From a virus (lineage: Duplodnaviria; Caudoviricetes), in IMG/VR virus record IMGVR_UViG_3300033412_000048, positions 1 to 32,688 of that record: DNA of 32,688 nucleotides; one strand, 5' to 3'. Positions 30,483-32,688 of this stretch are shown piece after piece (within the stretch, counting starts at the first letter, position 1; each line of letters opens with the position of its first letter). The position numbers and the translations under genes are program-made. The notes beneath the pieces are model-generated. The model saw only the letters and a program-made list of their open reading frames with translations. It searched no databases and was not told the DNA's origin.

Positions 30483-32416
30483 GGTACGAGGTCTCCCCGG
30501 GTGACATGCAGCGTCGACTTCAGCAGCTCGGGATCATGCGCGAGGCCCCGCGTCAGCAGCTCCGTGCAATACCCTCCCAGCAACTCCTCCAGCGCGTCGG
30601 CGTCCACACCCAGGGCGGGAGCCTGCTCACGTACGTGCGTCCACGCACCGGCCAGCAGGGCGGGCACGCGAGACCTGTCCGGAACCACCCGGGTGTGCAG
30701 TTCATGCTTCGGCACCGCGTACCGGGCCCGCGCGGGCCCGGCCACCAGGCGGCCACCAGCCAGCTCCAGGGCGCGGCGTACGGCGCTGTCGGCGGCGTAG
30801 AACAGGGCGGAGCGGTCCAGTGTGCTGACGGACGCGGCGAGCTGCCCCAGCTTCTGGCCCTTGCCGGATTCGGCCTCGGCCACGGACGGGAACTGCGGCA
30901 GGCCGCGCGCCCCGGCGTCGGCGGGTTCCGTGCCCGCCTCGTCGTAGCCGGGATCGCCGGGCATCAGGGCTTCCTGGCCGGGCGGGGCCGGTGGGGCGGG
31001 CAGGGCAATCTTCGGCAGGCCCAGGATCTTCTGCACTTCGGGGTCTCCCGCGTAGGCGGGCTGGGCCAGCACCAGGGCCTTGACCAGGTTGTATTGCAGC
31101 TCTTTCTTGTCGGGGGCGTCGTCGTCGGTGAAGGCGGCGTTGTCCCGGGCGGCCTTGGCGGAGATGAATTCCTTCTCGGCGAACTGCATGGCCTGTTCGG
31201 ACCGGTTGGGCCGGACGGTGAGGTTGGCGATGTCGAACCAGAGGGTTTTCTTCTCGGGGTTCTTGACGCCTGCGGCTTTGAGGGCGGGCTGGAAGTAGCC
31301 GAGGTTGAGGGCGTCGGCGAGTTGGATGAGCAGCGGCTCGATGTGGATCTTGATCGAGGATTCCTCGATCTGCCAGCCGGACCAGTGGTTGGTCGCGCCC
31401 ATGCCGGTCAGGACCTCGGGCGGGATGTCCAGGGACATGGCCATGCGCTCGACGGCCGCCTTGCGCATGTCGATGATCTTGTCGCTGATCTGCGAGTCGA
31501 ACGTCAGGTGTTTGATCTTGTCCAGGGCATCGGTCGACACCTGAAGGATGATCGGCACCAGCGCCGCCGCGCTGTCCCGCTGCTGCAACGACGTCGCCAT
31601 CGTCTTCTGCAACAACTGCTGGAACCCCTCCAGCGCGGACGGCTGCGGAAGGCCAGGGGTCTCCTGCGGCGGGCGCGGGAAGTCGATGTTGTCCGGCAGC
31701 AGCAGGATGCCCGCACCGGCCAGGCGCGAGTCGAGCTCCGCGAACACACGCTTCGTGCACTGCTCCAGCTCACGCAGCACCGGCAGGATGGCCCGCACCG
31801 TCGAGTCGGCGGCGTCATGGCGGCGCGGATGCGGATTCCAGCACCGGATCAGCAGGTCCTTCTTCGGGTCCAGCTTGTACGTGCCGCCCCCGTGGGTGAT
31901 GCTGCGCCGCACCATGATGTCGTCGCCGCGCCGGAACACCTCCGACGACGAGCACACGTACCACTTGTCGGTGCCCACCTCGCCGTCCTTGGCGGACTGG
32001 TAGCCCTCCGCGACGATGAACACGTCCCCGGCGGTCATCATGTTGATCCCCATCAGGCGCTGGGCCTGCGCCTTCGCGGCGGGGGAACCGAACATGGTCT
32101 CGGCGATGGTCTTGGCCTGCTCGTCGCTGGTCTCGTCGCCTACGGTGCCGTCGTCGGCGATGTCGGCGGCGTACATGCGGCAACGGCTGATGGCGTTGCC
32201 GATCCAGTTCACGACGAAGCGCATCTCGCCGCAGATGTCGTAATGCCGCCAGGCTTCCCATTGCCAGCGGTGGTCACCCAGTTTGAACATCTGCCACGAG
32301 GCGGCATCGCCCAGGTTGATGGGGACGGCGGCGGCGACGAGGGCGTTGGCCGGGCGCGTGCCGGGCCCCTGTTCGCCTCCTGCGGGGACGACTTTGCGCT
32401 TACTCAGCAGCCCCAC
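30479..32416 (-). CDS. Portal protein
   Basis: 645 aa; WQWEAWRHYDICGE, WNPHPR..D..DS, SRLAGAGILLLP, LDIPPEVLTG and NHW..W motifs of cluster-B-like portals. Confidence 0.88.
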   Translation of the reverse strand: MGLLSKRKVVPAGGEQGPGTRPANALVAAAVPINLGDAASWQMFKLGDHRWQWEAWRHYDICGEMRFVVNWIGNAISRCRMYAADIADDGTVGDETSDEQAKTIAETMFGSPAAKAQAQRLMGINMMTAGDVFIVAEGYQSAKDGEVGTDKWYVCSSSEVFRRGDDIMVRRSITHGGGTYKLDPKKDLLIRCWNPHPRRHDAADSTVRAILPVLRELEQCTKRVFAELDSRLAGAGILLLPDNIDFPRPPQETPGLPQPSALEGFQQLLQKTMATSLQQRDSAAALVPIILQVSTDALDKIKHLTFDSQISDKIIDMRKAAVERMAMSLDIPPEVLTGMGATNHWSGWQIEESSIKIHIEPLLIQLADALNLGYFQPALKAAGVKNPEKKTLWFDIANLTVRPNRSEQAMQFAEKEFISAKAARDNAAFTDDDAPDKKELQYNLVKALVLAQPAYAGDPEVQKILGLPKIALPAPPAPPGQEALMPGDPGYDEAGTEPADAGARGLPQFPSVAEAESGKGQKLGQLAASVSTLDRSALFYAADSAVRRALELAGGRLVAGPARARYAVPKHELHTRVVPDRSRVPALLAGAWTHVREQAPALGVDADALEELLGGYCTELLTRGLAHDPELLKSTLHVTRGDLVP

Positions 32417-32420
32417 ACGG

Positions 32421-32688
32421 TCACCCCTTCACGCGCGCCAGCGCACCGGCCGCAGCGGACAGGGCCAGCCCCAGGGCGGGCACGAACAGCCACGGCGTAT
32501 CGCCGTAAGCGTAGATGATGGGGGCGGCGGGGATGGCCAGCCAGATGGAGATGCACCAGGGGCAGAGCAGCAGGTAGGCCAGCCGGTGGTGGCCGCGTTC
32601 CTTCAGGGCCGTGACGAACGCGTCGCGGGGCGGCTCGGTGATGAAGTCCTTCGTGATGAGGACGATGAGGCGGGCGAAGGCGAGCAGG
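32421..32688 (-). CDS. DUF1360-like membrane protein (partial)
   Basis: Manual translation ...ARLIVLITKDFITEPPR...YLLLCPWCISIW...ARVKG*; CPWC motif and position upstream of the portal. Confidence 0.7.
   Translation of the reverse strand, partial: LLAFARLIVLITKDFITEPPRDAFVTALKERGHHRLAYLLLCPWCISIWLAIPAAPIIYAYGDTPWLFVPALGLALSAAAGALARVKG

Noticed and set aside
1-32688. tRNA/rRNA genes, integrase, terminase, lysins
   Set aside because: None recognised in the window, so temperate vs lytic lifestyle and host cannot be determined here

Overview
This window is the virion structural region of a high-GC actinobacterial siphovirus or prophage. Its head module resembles that of cluster-B mycobacteriophages, and it is transcribed mostly on the minus strand. 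The gene order is DUF1360-like protein, portal, MuF, maturation protease, two capsid proteins (hexamer/pentamer type), major tail protein, head-tail connectors, tail chaperones, tape measure, distal tail and minor tail proteins. The most notable content lies between portal and protease: three paralogous VIP2/C3-type (R-STS-ExE) ADP-ribosyltransferase cargo proteins (a MuF fusion, a 439-aa protein and a 1708-aa giant) next to a DraG/ARH-family ADP-ribosylglycohydrolase with its own promoter. Two of the transferases share a near-identical Cys/His tag. DNA-level signals include four promoters sharing the palindrome CTTGAC-N6-GTCAAG over their -35 box and a 13-bp AT-rich motif (AAGATCRAAAACG) with at least 8 exact copies, mostly inside genes. 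The window also carries three tandem small paralogs with a CCPM motif and two GT2 glycosyltransferases. All product calls rest on motif recognition and gene order; no database searches were run.
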